Virus record (IMG/VR): IMGVR_UViG_3300026292_000003
Location: 157,644 to 221,643 of that record
Length of the DNA: 64,000 bases
Strand: one strand, 5' to 3'
Part shown: positions 1-7,951 of the stretch, piece after piece
Layout of the letters: each line of letters opens with the position of its first letter
How positions within the stretch are numbered: position 1 is the stretch's first letter
The notes under the pieces: generated by a model
What the model was told of the DNA's origin: nothing
The model's input: only the letters and a program-made list of their open reading frames with translations
Database searches by the model: none
Translations under genes and position numbers: made by a program

Positions 1-1
1 C

Positions 2-589
2 GTAGTTAAAATTGGTATTGGACCAGGCTCAGTATGTACAACAAGAACAATGACAGGTATTGGAGTACCACAGTTTTCAGCTATATTAGAATGTGCAGAT
101 GCGGCAAATGGCGTTGATGGACATATTATGGCAGATGGTGGTTGTGTACACCCAGGAGATATTGCAAAAGCACTTGGTGGTGGAGCTCATATGGTTATGA
201 TAGGTGGTATGTTAGCAGGACACAAAGAAGGTGGTGGTAAACTTATCACTAAACATACAGCCACAGGTGGTGCGTATAAAACACCTGAGGGAACATATGT
301 TCCTTATTATGAAGAACAACAGTTTGTTGAGTTCTACGGAATGAGTTCAGATCGTGCTAGAGAGAAGCATGGCAAACGAAAAGATGGATATAGAGGTAAC
401 GAAGGTAGACATATTGTTATGCCTTACAGAGGACCTATTAATGACACAGTTGAGAATATACTAGGTGGTGTTAGATCAGCGGCCACTTATATTGGAGCAA
501 GACGTTTAAAGGATATGCCAAAGTGTGCAACATTCGTAAGAACAAATAATGTTATCAATAGAACTTACGAGCAATTCACAGTAAAATAA
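2..589 (+). CDS. guaC: GMP reductase, 5'-truncated by window edge
   Basis: Frame open from base 2: VVKIGIGPGSVCTTR catalytic Cys loop, IMADGGC, GGMLAGH, FYGMSS, GGVRSAATYIGA. Confidence 0.9.
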   Translation, partial: VVKIGIGPGSVCTTRTMTGIGVPQFSAILECADAANGVDGHIMADGGCVHPGDIAKALGGGAHMVMIGGMLAGHKEGGGKLITKHTATGGAYKTPEGTYVPYYEEQQFVEFYGMSSDRAREKHGKRKDGYRGNEGRHIVMPYRGPINDTVENILGGVRSAATYIGARRLKDMPKCATFVRTNNVINRTYEQFTVK

Positions 590-675
590 GTATTGCTCAA
601 AATGCATAACAGCCTTTACTAATTAAAACATCAGTTTTTTTCACTTCCGTGATAAATAGAAGTGAAGACAAAAAA

Positions 676-795
676 GCGACCTCAGCTTATAAAAAATGAG
701 TGGCACTAGGGAAAGACCAGGGCGTGCCGACGCCTCAAAACCGACTGACACCGGAAAAGACTGGAATTGGATTCTTTCCCGAGAATGAATCCCAA
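676..795 (+). ncRNA. Putative structured cis-regulatory leader RNA (family not identified)
   Basis: GC-rich intergenic stretch with stems CTCA/TGAG, GGCAC/GTGCC, CCGG/CTGG, GGATTC/GAATCC, lying between GATAAATA (651) and SD GGAG (805). Confidence 0.55.
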
Positions 796-814
796 AAAAT
801 TAATGGAGAAGAAG

Positions 815-1042
815 ATGACTCGAACTTTGAGTGCTCTTGTAACGGCGATTTCTGATGCGTTAACCCCAAAAGGATCAACAGACTCGCAATTACTACTTTG
901 GGCTAAAACAGAATATGGTAATGACTGGCAGTATGCATACAGATGGATGAAAGAGAATCCTGGTACTGTACCTTTTAATAAACCAGTTGTAAAAATAGAA
1001 GTACAGAAGGATAAAGAACATGATGAATACTTTGGTGTCTAA
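815..1042 (+). CDS. Small hypothetical protein (WAKTEYxxDW motif)
   Basis: SD GGAG 805-808, ATG 815; 75 aa. Confidence 0.7.
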   Translation: MTRTLSALVTAISDALTPKGSTDSQLLLWAKTEYGNDWQYAYRWMKENPGTVPFNKPVVKIEVQKDKEHDEYFGV

Positions 1043-1208
1043 TTATTGTGCTATATGTGAAGCAGTATCACATTGGACAAGAAGATTTTTCGCAAGATTA
1101 CTAGAAACTTTTGAAACAGTAGGGAAAGCAAGAGCTTCCGCAGAACTAACCCGACAAGGGTATCATAAAGAAGCAAAGGCGTTGATGTGCGATGTTAAAA
1201 GCGATTAA
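1020..1208 (+). CDS. Small hypothetical protein (ARASAELTRQGY)
   Basis: ORF overlapping neighbours; AAGGA upstream. Confidence 0.7.
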   Translation: MMNTLVSNYCAICEAVSHWTRRFFARLLETFETVGKARASAELTRQGYHKEAKALMCDVKSD

Positions 1209-1326
1209 GAAATTTTTTAAAAATATAACTATGTCAGAAAGCGAACGTTATCTAGCAAATTCAGTAGATTTAGTTGACCTTGAAAGAAGACAACGAGAAT
1301 TAAGAACTAAAGGATTTAGAGTATAA
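1192..1326 (+). CDS. DUF3563-like 44-aa protein
   Basis: MLKAIKKFFKNITMSESERYLANSVDLVDLERRQRELRTKGFRV; YLxxSVDxxDLERRxREL motif; missed by ORF track. Confidence 0.7.
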   Translation: MLKAIKKFFKNITMSESERYLANSVDLVDLERRQRELRTKGFRV

Positions 1327-1370
1327 TGTGGCCTTATACAGAAGAAGAGAACGATTTTTTAAGTAAATAG
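1326..1370 (+). CDS. Putative 14-aa micropeptide MWPYTEEENDFLSK
   Basis: TAATG stop/start coupling to upstream ORF; fills gap before next promoter. Confidence 0.45.
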   Translation: MWPYTEEENDFLSK

Positions 1371-1415
1371 TACCATTGCTCATAAACTATAGTGTTAACT
1401 AGCATAAATAGTAGT

Positions 1416-2387
1416 ATGAGCAAGGTACATTTACTATCACAAATTATTACAAGTTTACAACAGGAAACTACTCAGCAAGGCAAATATAACATATTAAGCC
1501 AATATGAAAAAGAAGCTATTCTGAAAAGAGTAGTAAGTATAGCCTATAATCCTTGGATAGATTTAGAAATGCAAAACTTTGAACCCAAAAGAATGGGCAA
1601 AAAGTTTGGTATGAGTATACCTAAATTTTTACATATCATTGATGATATGATTGAAGATAAATTCACACAAAAAGAAAAAGAGTTTTCTTGTCAAATGGCA
1701 ATGATGCATATAAATGTTACAGAAGCAGAGTTGTTTATTAAGTTAGTTAGGCAAGAGTTAGATTTAGGATTAACAGACGAAACTATTAATAAAGTTTGGC
1801 CTGGGCTTGTAATGAGTTATCCTATAAGTTACCCAAGTGCAAAAGATTATAAATCGTTTAATCAATTTCCAGCCGCGGTACAGCCAGTTAGTAGAGGACT
1901 AAGAGTAAATATTATAATTCACAAAAATACAGTATCATACAAGGACAAGCTAGGGCAGGACATATTAGGTTGGGAAATATACAATGAACAATTTATTAAT
2001 CTTGCACAAGGGAACAATACAGTATTTGATGGTCACGCAGTAGTAGCAAAAGGTCCACAAATAGTTGAAACAGATAATCAAAAAGTATTAGAAGCAGATC
2101 CTAAAGACGTTAGATTTATGTTATGGGATGTAATTAGATTTGATGGATTTATAAAAGGTGAAGATACTAGAGTTGGTTATAACTGGCGTCATAACGGCAT
2201 AGAACATATGCAGATACTAGCAATAGAGAAAAATAAACAACCTTGTTATGATTTAGTACGTGCTGACCTTGTAGGTAGTCAAGAACAATTAGAACTTTCA
2301 GTAAGTAAAATGAAACCTTGTGTTATTAAAGCATTAGATGGTACGTGGAAACACGGTATTGACAATTCGCAAATTATTATTAATTAA
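1416..2387 (+). CDS. ATP-dependent DNA ligase-like protein, degenerate (no motif I Lys, no OB domain)
   Basis: T4-ligase-like N-terminus (ILKRVVSIAYNP), QPVSRGLR in place of QLKADGAR, FDGHAV, FMLWDVI, VIKALDGTWK. Confidence 0.7.
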   Translation: MSKVHLLSQIITSLQQETTQQGKYNILSQYEKEAILKRVVSIAYNPWIDLEMQNFEPKRMGKKFGMSIPKFLHIIDDMIEDKFTQKEKEFSCQMAMMHINVTEAELFIKLVRQELDLGLTDETINKVWPGLVMSYPISYPSAKDYKSFNQFPAAVQPVSRGLRVNIIIHKNTVSYKDKLGQDILGWEIYNEQFINLAQGNNTVFDGHAVVAKGPQIVETDNQKVLEADPKDVRFMLWDVIRFDGFIKGEDTRVGYNWRHNGIEHMQILAIEKNKQPCYDLVRADLVGSQEQLELSVSKMKPCVIKALDGTWKHGIDNSQIIIN

Positions 2388-3147
2388 GTCTTCCAACAAT
2401 TCTTTTAATATATTTTGATCCTAGATGATCATAAAGTCCATCAAATAATTGAAATTTAGTCCAAGCCTTAATTGTACCTCTACCCTTATCAACAAATCTT
2501 TGCCACCAAGTAGTATTAGTTTTAATCTTCATATCGTATGTCATATAATATAATTTACCTACGTGTGAGTAGTATCCAAATGGTGGTACTTGACATACAA
2601 TGTCGTTATTATTAACAAACCTATAAGCTTCTATTTCGTCAAACTGTTTACCCCATTCTCTATCTCCAACACGTGGACTTCCATAAGTGTAAAGAACTGC
2701 ATTTTTATATCCTAGCTCAACTAATCTACTTATTACAATAGTAGCCATTGCGGCTCCTAAACTATGTCCTGTAATAATAAACCTATCTTTTTTATTTTTA
2801 GTTTTTAACCATTTTGTAATAGAAGGCCAAAGTTTATCAACTTCACCTTTAAATCCAGCATGAACGTTTCCTTCAGTTTCACTATCTGCAGGCCATGCTT
2901 TAATGTCTGCTAATATGTCTTTAAATGATGTAGGTTCAGTTCCTCTAAATGCTAATACATTATAATATGGTGTAGATATTCCATAACCTTGTGCATTTTC
3001 TACTTCAAAGTATTTTATTTTTTTAAATTTTAGATTTTGCTCTTTTAAATAGTTTTCTAAAGTAGCATGGTCTTCGTATGCATATTCACATATGTTGGCA
3101 CATATTTCTGCAAACATCCAATCTATATTATTTTTCTGGGTGCTCAA
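2380..3147 (-). CDS. Class 3 lipase (alpha/beta hydrolase)
   Basis: AFRGT, VHAGF, ITGHSLGAA nucleophile elbow, TYGSPRVG, DIVCQVP. Confidence 0.9.
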   Translation of the reverse strand: MSTQKNNIDWMFAEICANICEYAYEDHATLENYLKEQNLKFKKIKYFEVENAQGYGISTPYYNVLAFRGTEPTSFKDILADIKAWPADSETEGNVHAGFKGEVDKLWPSITKWLKTKNKKDRFIITGHSLGAAMATIVISRLVELGYKNAVLYTYGSPRVGDREWGKQFDEIEAYRFVNNNDIVCQVPPFGYYSHVGKLYYMTYDMKIKTNTTWWQRFVDKGRGTIKAWTKFQLFDGLYDHLGSKYIKRIVGRLN

Positions 3148-3445
3148 TGATCTTCTCCAGTTTATGCGTAGGTATTCGTTTGTTGTCTATATAACGCCAA
3201 ACCTTTCCTCTGCCATTACTTACTTGAAATATCGTTTCTCTATAACCTATACTTATTATAGTAGCTTTTTCGCCATCTAGGAATACTATATCACCTGGTT
3301 CAAAACCTGGTTTCATTTTCCAACGTATACTGGCAATAAGATCACCAACAAGTTCCTTTACCCATAAAGCTACAAGGGCGGTAAGACCTAGTGCTATAAT
3401 AGGTGCAAGAATGTTTGATAATTCAAGGGTTTGTTCTTCTAACAT
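3128..3445 (-). CDS. Small membrane protein with MscS-like beta domain
   Basis: N-terminal TM helix, then FEPGDIVFLDGEKATIISIGYRET. Confidence 0.6.
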   Translation of the reverse strand: MLEEQTLELSNILAPIIALGLTALVALWVKELVGDLIASIRWKMKPGFEPGDIVFLDGEKATIISIGYRETIFQVSNGRGKVWRYIDNKRIPTHKLEKIIEHPEK

Positions 3446-3466
3446 AAAACTATTTATCTTTTCTGC

Positions 3467-3495
3467 TTGACACTAAGGTTAAAATAGCTTATAAT
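3467..3495 (+). promoter_or_regulatory. sigma70-type promoter
   Basis: TTGACA-N17-TATAAT perfect consensus. Confidence 0.8.
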
Positions 3496-3547
3496 GAGTA
3501 CATAATTTGGCACAAAGAAGTGCAATTTAACAGAGAGTTATACTATT

Positions 3548-4081
3548 ATGAAAGGTTTAAAGATACCGTCAGTTACTTTTAGAGTTAGACAAGGTGACGA
3601 AGAAGTACCGGGAGAAGCTGGTTGTCCTATTGGAGGAGAATGGATTACTACAACAACAGATGATTACTTCAAAGGTAAACGTATTGTATTGTTTAGTTTA
3701 CCAGGTGCATTTACACCAACTTGTTCCTCAAAGCAGTTACCGGGTTTTGAAGGAAATTATGAGACAATTAAGGCAAAAAACATTGATGAGATTTACTGCA
3801 TAAGTGTAAATGACAGTTTCGTTATGAATGCTTGGGCAGAAAAAATGCAAATTAAAAATGTTAAAATGATTCCAGATGGCTCAGGAAACTTTACTAGGTT
3901 TATGGGTATGCTAATTGGAAAGAACCATTTAGGATTTGGAATGCGTAGTTGGAGATATATGGCAGTTATTAACGATGGAGTTGTTGAACATTGGTGGCAA
4001 GAACCAGGAATCAATAACGAAGGTGATGATAACGATCCATATGGAGAAACTTCTCCAGAAAATTTAATGAAAACTTTATAA
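3548..4081 (+). CDS. Peroxiredoxin (Prx5/redoxin family)
   Basis: FSLPGAFTPTCS, SVNDSFVMNAW, DGSGNFT, RSWRY. Confidence 0.92.
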   Translation: MKGLKIPSVTFRVRQGDEEVPGEAGCPIGGEWITTTTDDYFKGKRIVLFSLPGAFTPTCSSKQLPGFEGNYETIKAKNIDEIYCISVNDSFVMNAWAEKMQIKNVKMIPDGSGNFTRFMGMLIGKNHLGFGMRSWRYMAVINDGVVEHWWQEPGINNEGDDNDPYGETSPENLMKTL

Positions 4082-4091
4082 AGAGAATATT

Positions 4092-4616
4092 TTGAAACAA
4101 GTAAAAGATACAATTAATAATTTCTTTAAATGGGTAAAAGGTACAGAATTAGTAGAGCTAACAGATATAGATGTTTCTGAAGATCCTGTAAGACCTGAAT
4201 TAACACTTGAGTGGAGATTATCTGCTGAAAGAAAGATTTATGGACTTAAATTTGAGGATAGCATAGAAGCAATAGTTTGTGTAGCATATACTAATGAAGT
4301 ACCAATTACTGTTAGAGAAATGGACTATATGAGTCAGGTAGCTTGTCAAGAAAACCAATCTGGTTCTATTGCAGTAGCTTATACAGTATGGTCAAGAAAA
4401 AGAGGAGCAGGTAAAGAGATAATTAATAAGTTACACGAGTTTTTAGTTAGCGAAAGAACTGCGACGAAACGATTAGTAACATTGTCTCCTCTCACGCCTA
4501 TGGCAACACATTTTCATATTAAAAATGGTGCAAAACAAATAAGTATTAATGATACTACACAAAATTTTGAATATAGTTTAGTAAATTCAAAAACAAATTA
4601 TAGTACATATAATTAA
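4092..4616 (+). CDS. Hypothetical protein, possible GNAT-like fold
   Basis: TTG start; YTVWSRKRGAGKEII resembles an acetyl-CoA-binding loop. Confidence 0.55.
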   Translation: MKQVKDTINNFFKWVKGTELVELTDIDVSEDPVRPELTLEWRLSAERKIYGLKFEDSIEAIVCVAYTNEVPITVREMDYMSQVACQENQSGSIAVAYTVWSRKRGAGKEIINKLHEFLVSERTATKRLVTLSPLTPMATHFHIKNGAKQISINDTTQNFEYSLVNSKTNYSTYN

Positions 4617-4636
4617 AAAATTAATCCACAATTCGG

Positions 4637-4666
4637 TTGACAATTAAACTTTTACGTGTATAAATA
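4637..4666 (+). promoter_or_regulatory. Overlapping sigma70 (-35 TTGACA) and T4-late-type TATAAATA promoter for tmRNA
   Basis: TTGACA 4637-4642; TATAAATA 4659-4666. Confidence 0.6.
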
Positions 4667-4671
4667 TACAA

Positions 4672-4957
4672 GTAAGCGATGAAGCGACTTAACGGTAGAC
4701 TGGACCTCGGGGCAGTACCGAGCAGGTCCACCATAAACACTTTGTAGTTACCAGAACTAGATGGTACCCTAAAGTAAGGACAGACGCAGAGTGTTTATGA
4801 TGGGCCTGAATTAGGATCGACAGATATTATAGGGAAGTGGAGTTTACCGGGTGATTGCGTAATTGATCAAATTTTATAAACGCAGAAGATAATTTTGCAA
4901 TAGCGGCCTAATTTAGGCACGTAGGGGTGGGAACTACCTGGCAACAGAAGTGCCACT
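4672..4957 (+). ncRNA. ssrA: Two-piece (circularly permuted) tmRNA, tag AEDNFAIAA
   Basis: Acceptor piece ends CTCGG-GGCAGTA-CCGAG-CAGGTCC-ACCA (4733); hairpin intervening segment; coding piece starts GGGCCTG (4802), giving G3.U70; ATAAAC-GCA resume codon 4882, stop 4911; CCTGGCAACAGAA 3' motif. Confidence 0.92.
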
Positions 4958-5022
4958 GTATTCTTTAGAATTCAGTTACTACAAAAAGATAAACTTCTTA
5001 TCTTTATATCAAGGAAATATAT

Positions 5023-5616
5023 ATGAAATATATAATGACAGCGGCGTTCGTCGCTTTTATGTTTTCTACTGCTAACGCAGAAGATTACAACAATACATCA
5101 ATAACTATGGCCGCAGAAGGACCTGAATATGGTGTAGAATTATCAACAAATGACACTACAAGAAAAGTAAGTGTCTACAATACTAATGGCGCATTAGATC
5201 TAGGAGTACAGTTATTAGATAACGGCACTAACACAGATTTTAATGTATCTGTTGGTAAGACTATCGATAGAAATATTGGAATGGCAGAATCACCATTAGC
5301 TACAGTTTATGTATCTGCAGAAGCTGAGTATAATTGGGGCGATAGTTTTACTAAAAACGAAATGCATTTTACTCCTAAAATTGGAGCTAAAAAAGCTATT
5401 GGAAACCTAACACCATTTGGTGAAATAGGTTACGGTCTAAAATCAATTGAAGGTGATTATCTTGATATTGATAGAGACACACCGTTTGCTGAAATCGGTA
5501 CATCAGTTGGTCTAACTGATAATACGTCATTAAAAGCATCAGTAACACAATCAATGAATACTGATTGGGAAAAGACTGATCGTGAAATTGGACTAAAGCT
5601 GACAGTTCAGTTTTAA
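5023..5616 (+). CDS. Outer-membrane beta-barrel protein
   Basis: Signal peptide ending ANA, alternating amphipathic strands, C-terminal LKLTVQF. Confidence 0.75.
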   Translation: MKYIMTAAFVAFMFSTANAEDYNNTSITMAAEGPEYGVELSTNDTTRKVSVYNTNGALDLGVQLLDNGTNTDFNVSVGKTIDRNIGMAESPLATVYVSAEAEYNWGDSFTKNEMHFTPKIGAKKAIGNLTPFGEIGYGLKSIEGDYLDIDRDTPFAEIGTSVGLTDNTSLKASVTQSMNTDWEKTDREIGLKLTVQF

Positions 5617-5626
5617 TTAATTAGGT

Positions 5627-5660
5627 TGCGGGTTACCCTTTACACAAAAACCCGCATTTC
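5627..5660 (+). terminator. Rho-independent terminator-like hairpin
   Basis: TGCGGGTT...AACCCGCA followed by TTT. Confidence 0.5.
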
Positions 5661-5697
5661 CGATAAATATTATAGACAGGCAAGAGGAGATTTTATC

Positions 5698-6777
5698 ATG
5701 CCGCCTAGAAATCATAAAAATTGGTTAGCAAAACCAAACGTAGAATATGTAAGTAGTGAAATATATTCAGATCAAAAAATTTTCGAAGAAGAAATAAAAC
5801 ATATCTTTAGTAAGGTATGGGTACCAGTATGCCATACAAGTGAAATGAATATGACTGGTTGTTTTAGAACAACACAAATTGCATTTCAAAATATAATTGT
5901 TATTAAATTTAGTAGTGGAATTGTTAGAGCATTTCATAATAAAGATGTAACAAAAGTATCAGGTATGGATATGTCGCTTTGTTATCATGCATTAAGTTGG
6001 AAAGAATTGCCGTGCGAAATAAAGCATGGTGGAATGGTATGGGTAACTTTAGATACAGAAACAACACAGAGTGTAGATCAATGGACGGCTGGTGCATTTG
6101 ATTGTATTAGTGATGCAATTGATGCAGAAGACTTAGAAGTATTTCATTACCATAAAGCAATTATACCAACAAACTATAAACTATGGCATGATACAAATAG
6201 TGAATTTTATCATGACTTTATGCATTATTTTAATAGAGTAACTGGTTTTAATGATGAATATTTTGCTAGAAAAAATATTCCATTTGATAACGGTCACGTA
6301 AATGTAAGTAGCTTTACAGTTAATTATACAGAATTTAATAAAGATGGTGACCGAGGAGAATTAAGTTTTCCTAACTTACCACCAAACCAATGGTATATGG
6401 TAGACTTGTTTCCAGGGTTTAATTTTAATTTGCGTGGTAGTGCGTATCGTAGTGATAGTGTTACTCCACTAGGGCCTAATAGCACACTTATAGAGTTTAG
6501 GGGCTATGGGCTAGAAAAAGATACTAAAGAAGAACGTGAAACTCGTATCAAACATCACAATACTATATGGGGACCTTTTGGACGTAATTTGCACGAAGAC
6601 TTAATTGGAGTTACAGGGCAAGGAGTATCAATGGCAGAAGGCACAGAAAAAAGAAACATTTTACATGGTAGGCACGAAAATGGAACTATACATGATGAGG
6701 TTGGTATGAGGCATTATTACGCAGAGTGGGGAAAACACGTAAACTTAGATCCTTCTAATCCTATTATTAGTACTTGA
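5698..6777 (+). CDS. Ring-hydroxylating oxygenase alpha subunit (MsmA-like) lacking Rieske cluster motif
   Basis: SD GAGGAG, ATG 5698; IYSDQKIFEEE..IFSKVW, NYKLWHDTNSEFYHDFMH, LHEDL; no CxH...CxxH. Confidence 0.8.
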   Translation: MPPRNHKNWLAKPNVEYVSSEIYSDQKIFEEEIKHIFSKVWVPVCHTSEMNMTGCFRTTQIAFQNIIVIKFSSGIVRAFHNKDVTKVSGMDMSLCYHALSWKELPCEIKHGGMVWVTLDTETTQSVDQWTAGAFDCISDAIDAEDLEVFHYHKAIIPTNYKLWHDTNSEFYHDFMHYFNRVTGFNDEYFARKNIPFDNGHVNVSSFTVNYTEFNKDGDRGELSFPNLPPNQWYMVDLFPGFNFNLRGSAYRSDSVTPLGPNSTLIEFRGYGLEKDTKEERETRIKHHNTIWGPFGRNLHEDLIGVTGQGVSMAEGTEKRNILHGRHENGTIHDEVGMRHYYAEWGKHVNLDPSNPIIST

Positions 6778-6807
6778 CATTATTCTTAAATCTGTTAATA
6801 TGTATGT

Positions 6808-6884
6808 GGACCATTAGCTCAGCTGGATAGAGCGCCTGTCTACGGAACAGGAGGCCAGGAGTTCGAATCTCTTATGGTCCGCCA
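6808..6884 (+). tRNA. tRNA-Arg(ACG)
   Basis: Cloverleaf; CCTGT-CTACGGA-ACAGG anticodon arm; TTCGAAT; encoded CCA. Confidence 0.95.
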
Positions 6885-6900
6885 AAAGATAAATAGACGA

Positions 6901-7302
6901 GTGAAACTGCTAGAGCATAAGCATATTATAATAAGAGCGGAAGTACTTGATCCGCCACGTGCAGAAAACCCTACAAGTGAACAAGTAAAAACTCTGATCA
7001 ATGATATTGGAATGAAAATTATGATGGGTCCTTTTGCCCAAAGATCAGAAATGGTAGGTAATGCAGGACTTACAGTAGCAACAATTATAGAAACATCACA
7101 CGTAATACTACATACCTGGGATGAAGTGCATCCAGCATTAATGCAATTAGATGTTTATACTTGCAGTCATTTAGATCCTAAAATAGTTTTTAAATGGCTA
7201 GAACAATTCAAGCCAACCAAAATAGATTACAAATATATTGATAGGGAATTTAAGTTAGATCTTAAACGGAAAAAGATACCTTTCCATATTGAACAGGATT
7301 AG
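6901..7302 (+). CDS. speD: S-adenosylmethionine decarboxylase proenzyme
   Basis: IETSHVILHTWDE autocleavage motif, LDVYTC; GTG start chosen because track start lies inside tRNA. Confidence 0.85.
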   Translation: MKLLEHKHIIIRAEVLDPPRAENPTSEQVKTLINDIGMKIMMGPFAQRSEMVGNAGLTVATIIETSHVILHTWDEVHPALMQLDVYTCSHLDPKIVFKWLEQFKPTKIDYKYIDREFKLDLKRKKIPFHIEQD

Positions 7303-7951
7303 TTAAATATCTTTTAATATATTTTTTAGCGACATCTTCGTTATGCCAATGTTCGTGTGACACTTGTTTTAAATCTTCACACCAAAAAATATTAATAAAC
7401 CCATTCTTTTTATAGTGTTCGTGTTGATATGTATCATCTACTAGTGATTCACTATACGTGGAAATTAAAACTTCATTAGGAACATGATTATTATATGTTA
7501 ATCCATTCCAAGCATCGTCTACATTATTAAATTTTGTATAAGGCAATTCTTTTGTAGTACCATAATCAGGAAAATTAAAATCTAAAACTATACATTCAGT
7601 AGATAAATTTTGTGCCCATCTTGCATTTAATCTACTTACACCTGGGTGGCAAAAAGTATTACCAGGTTCTCTTCTTACTATTGGTTTGTATACTATGGAT
7701 TGATCAGCCATCCATAAACATTGAACAGCACCTCTTACACGTCGGTGAAAGTCATCTATTAAATGATTGTCTGTATAATGTTTCCAATTAATATTATTGT
7801 GATAGTTCCTTATAAACCTAGTCCATTCTTTTGGTCTTTCTAAGTAACGTTCTTCGGTATCTGTTATATCAGCAGTACCTATGTTACCTCCACGTTCTAT
7901 AAGGTTATAGTAAAACTTTTTAAAATTATTATATGCTAAATTTTCTGCCAT
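7262..7951 (-). CDS. Hypothetical protein (HPGxSR motif)
   Basis: 229-aa ORF coupled to upstream gene. Confidence 0.65.
   Translation of the reverse strand: MAENLAYNNFKKFYYNLIERGGNIGTADITDTEERYLERPKEWTRFIRNYHNNINWKHYTDNHLIDDFHRRVRGAVQCLWMADQSIVYKPIVRREPGNTFCHPGVSRLNARWAQNLSTECIVLDFNFPDYGTTKELPYTKFNNVDDAWNGLTYNNHVPNEVLISTYSESLVDDTYQHEHYKKNGFINIFWCEDLKQVSHEHWHNEDVAKKYIKRYLTNPVQYGKVSFSV

Noticed and set aside
676-795. Cobalamin, glycine or c-di-GMP riboswitch
   Set aside because: It has GGGAA/AGACC/GACGC fragments but lacks the B12 box, the glycine aptamer core and the GEMM architecture, so it is left unassigned.
6874-6900. ORF-track start for speD
   Set aside because: It lies inside tRNA-Arg; GTG 6901 after GATAAATA is more plausible.
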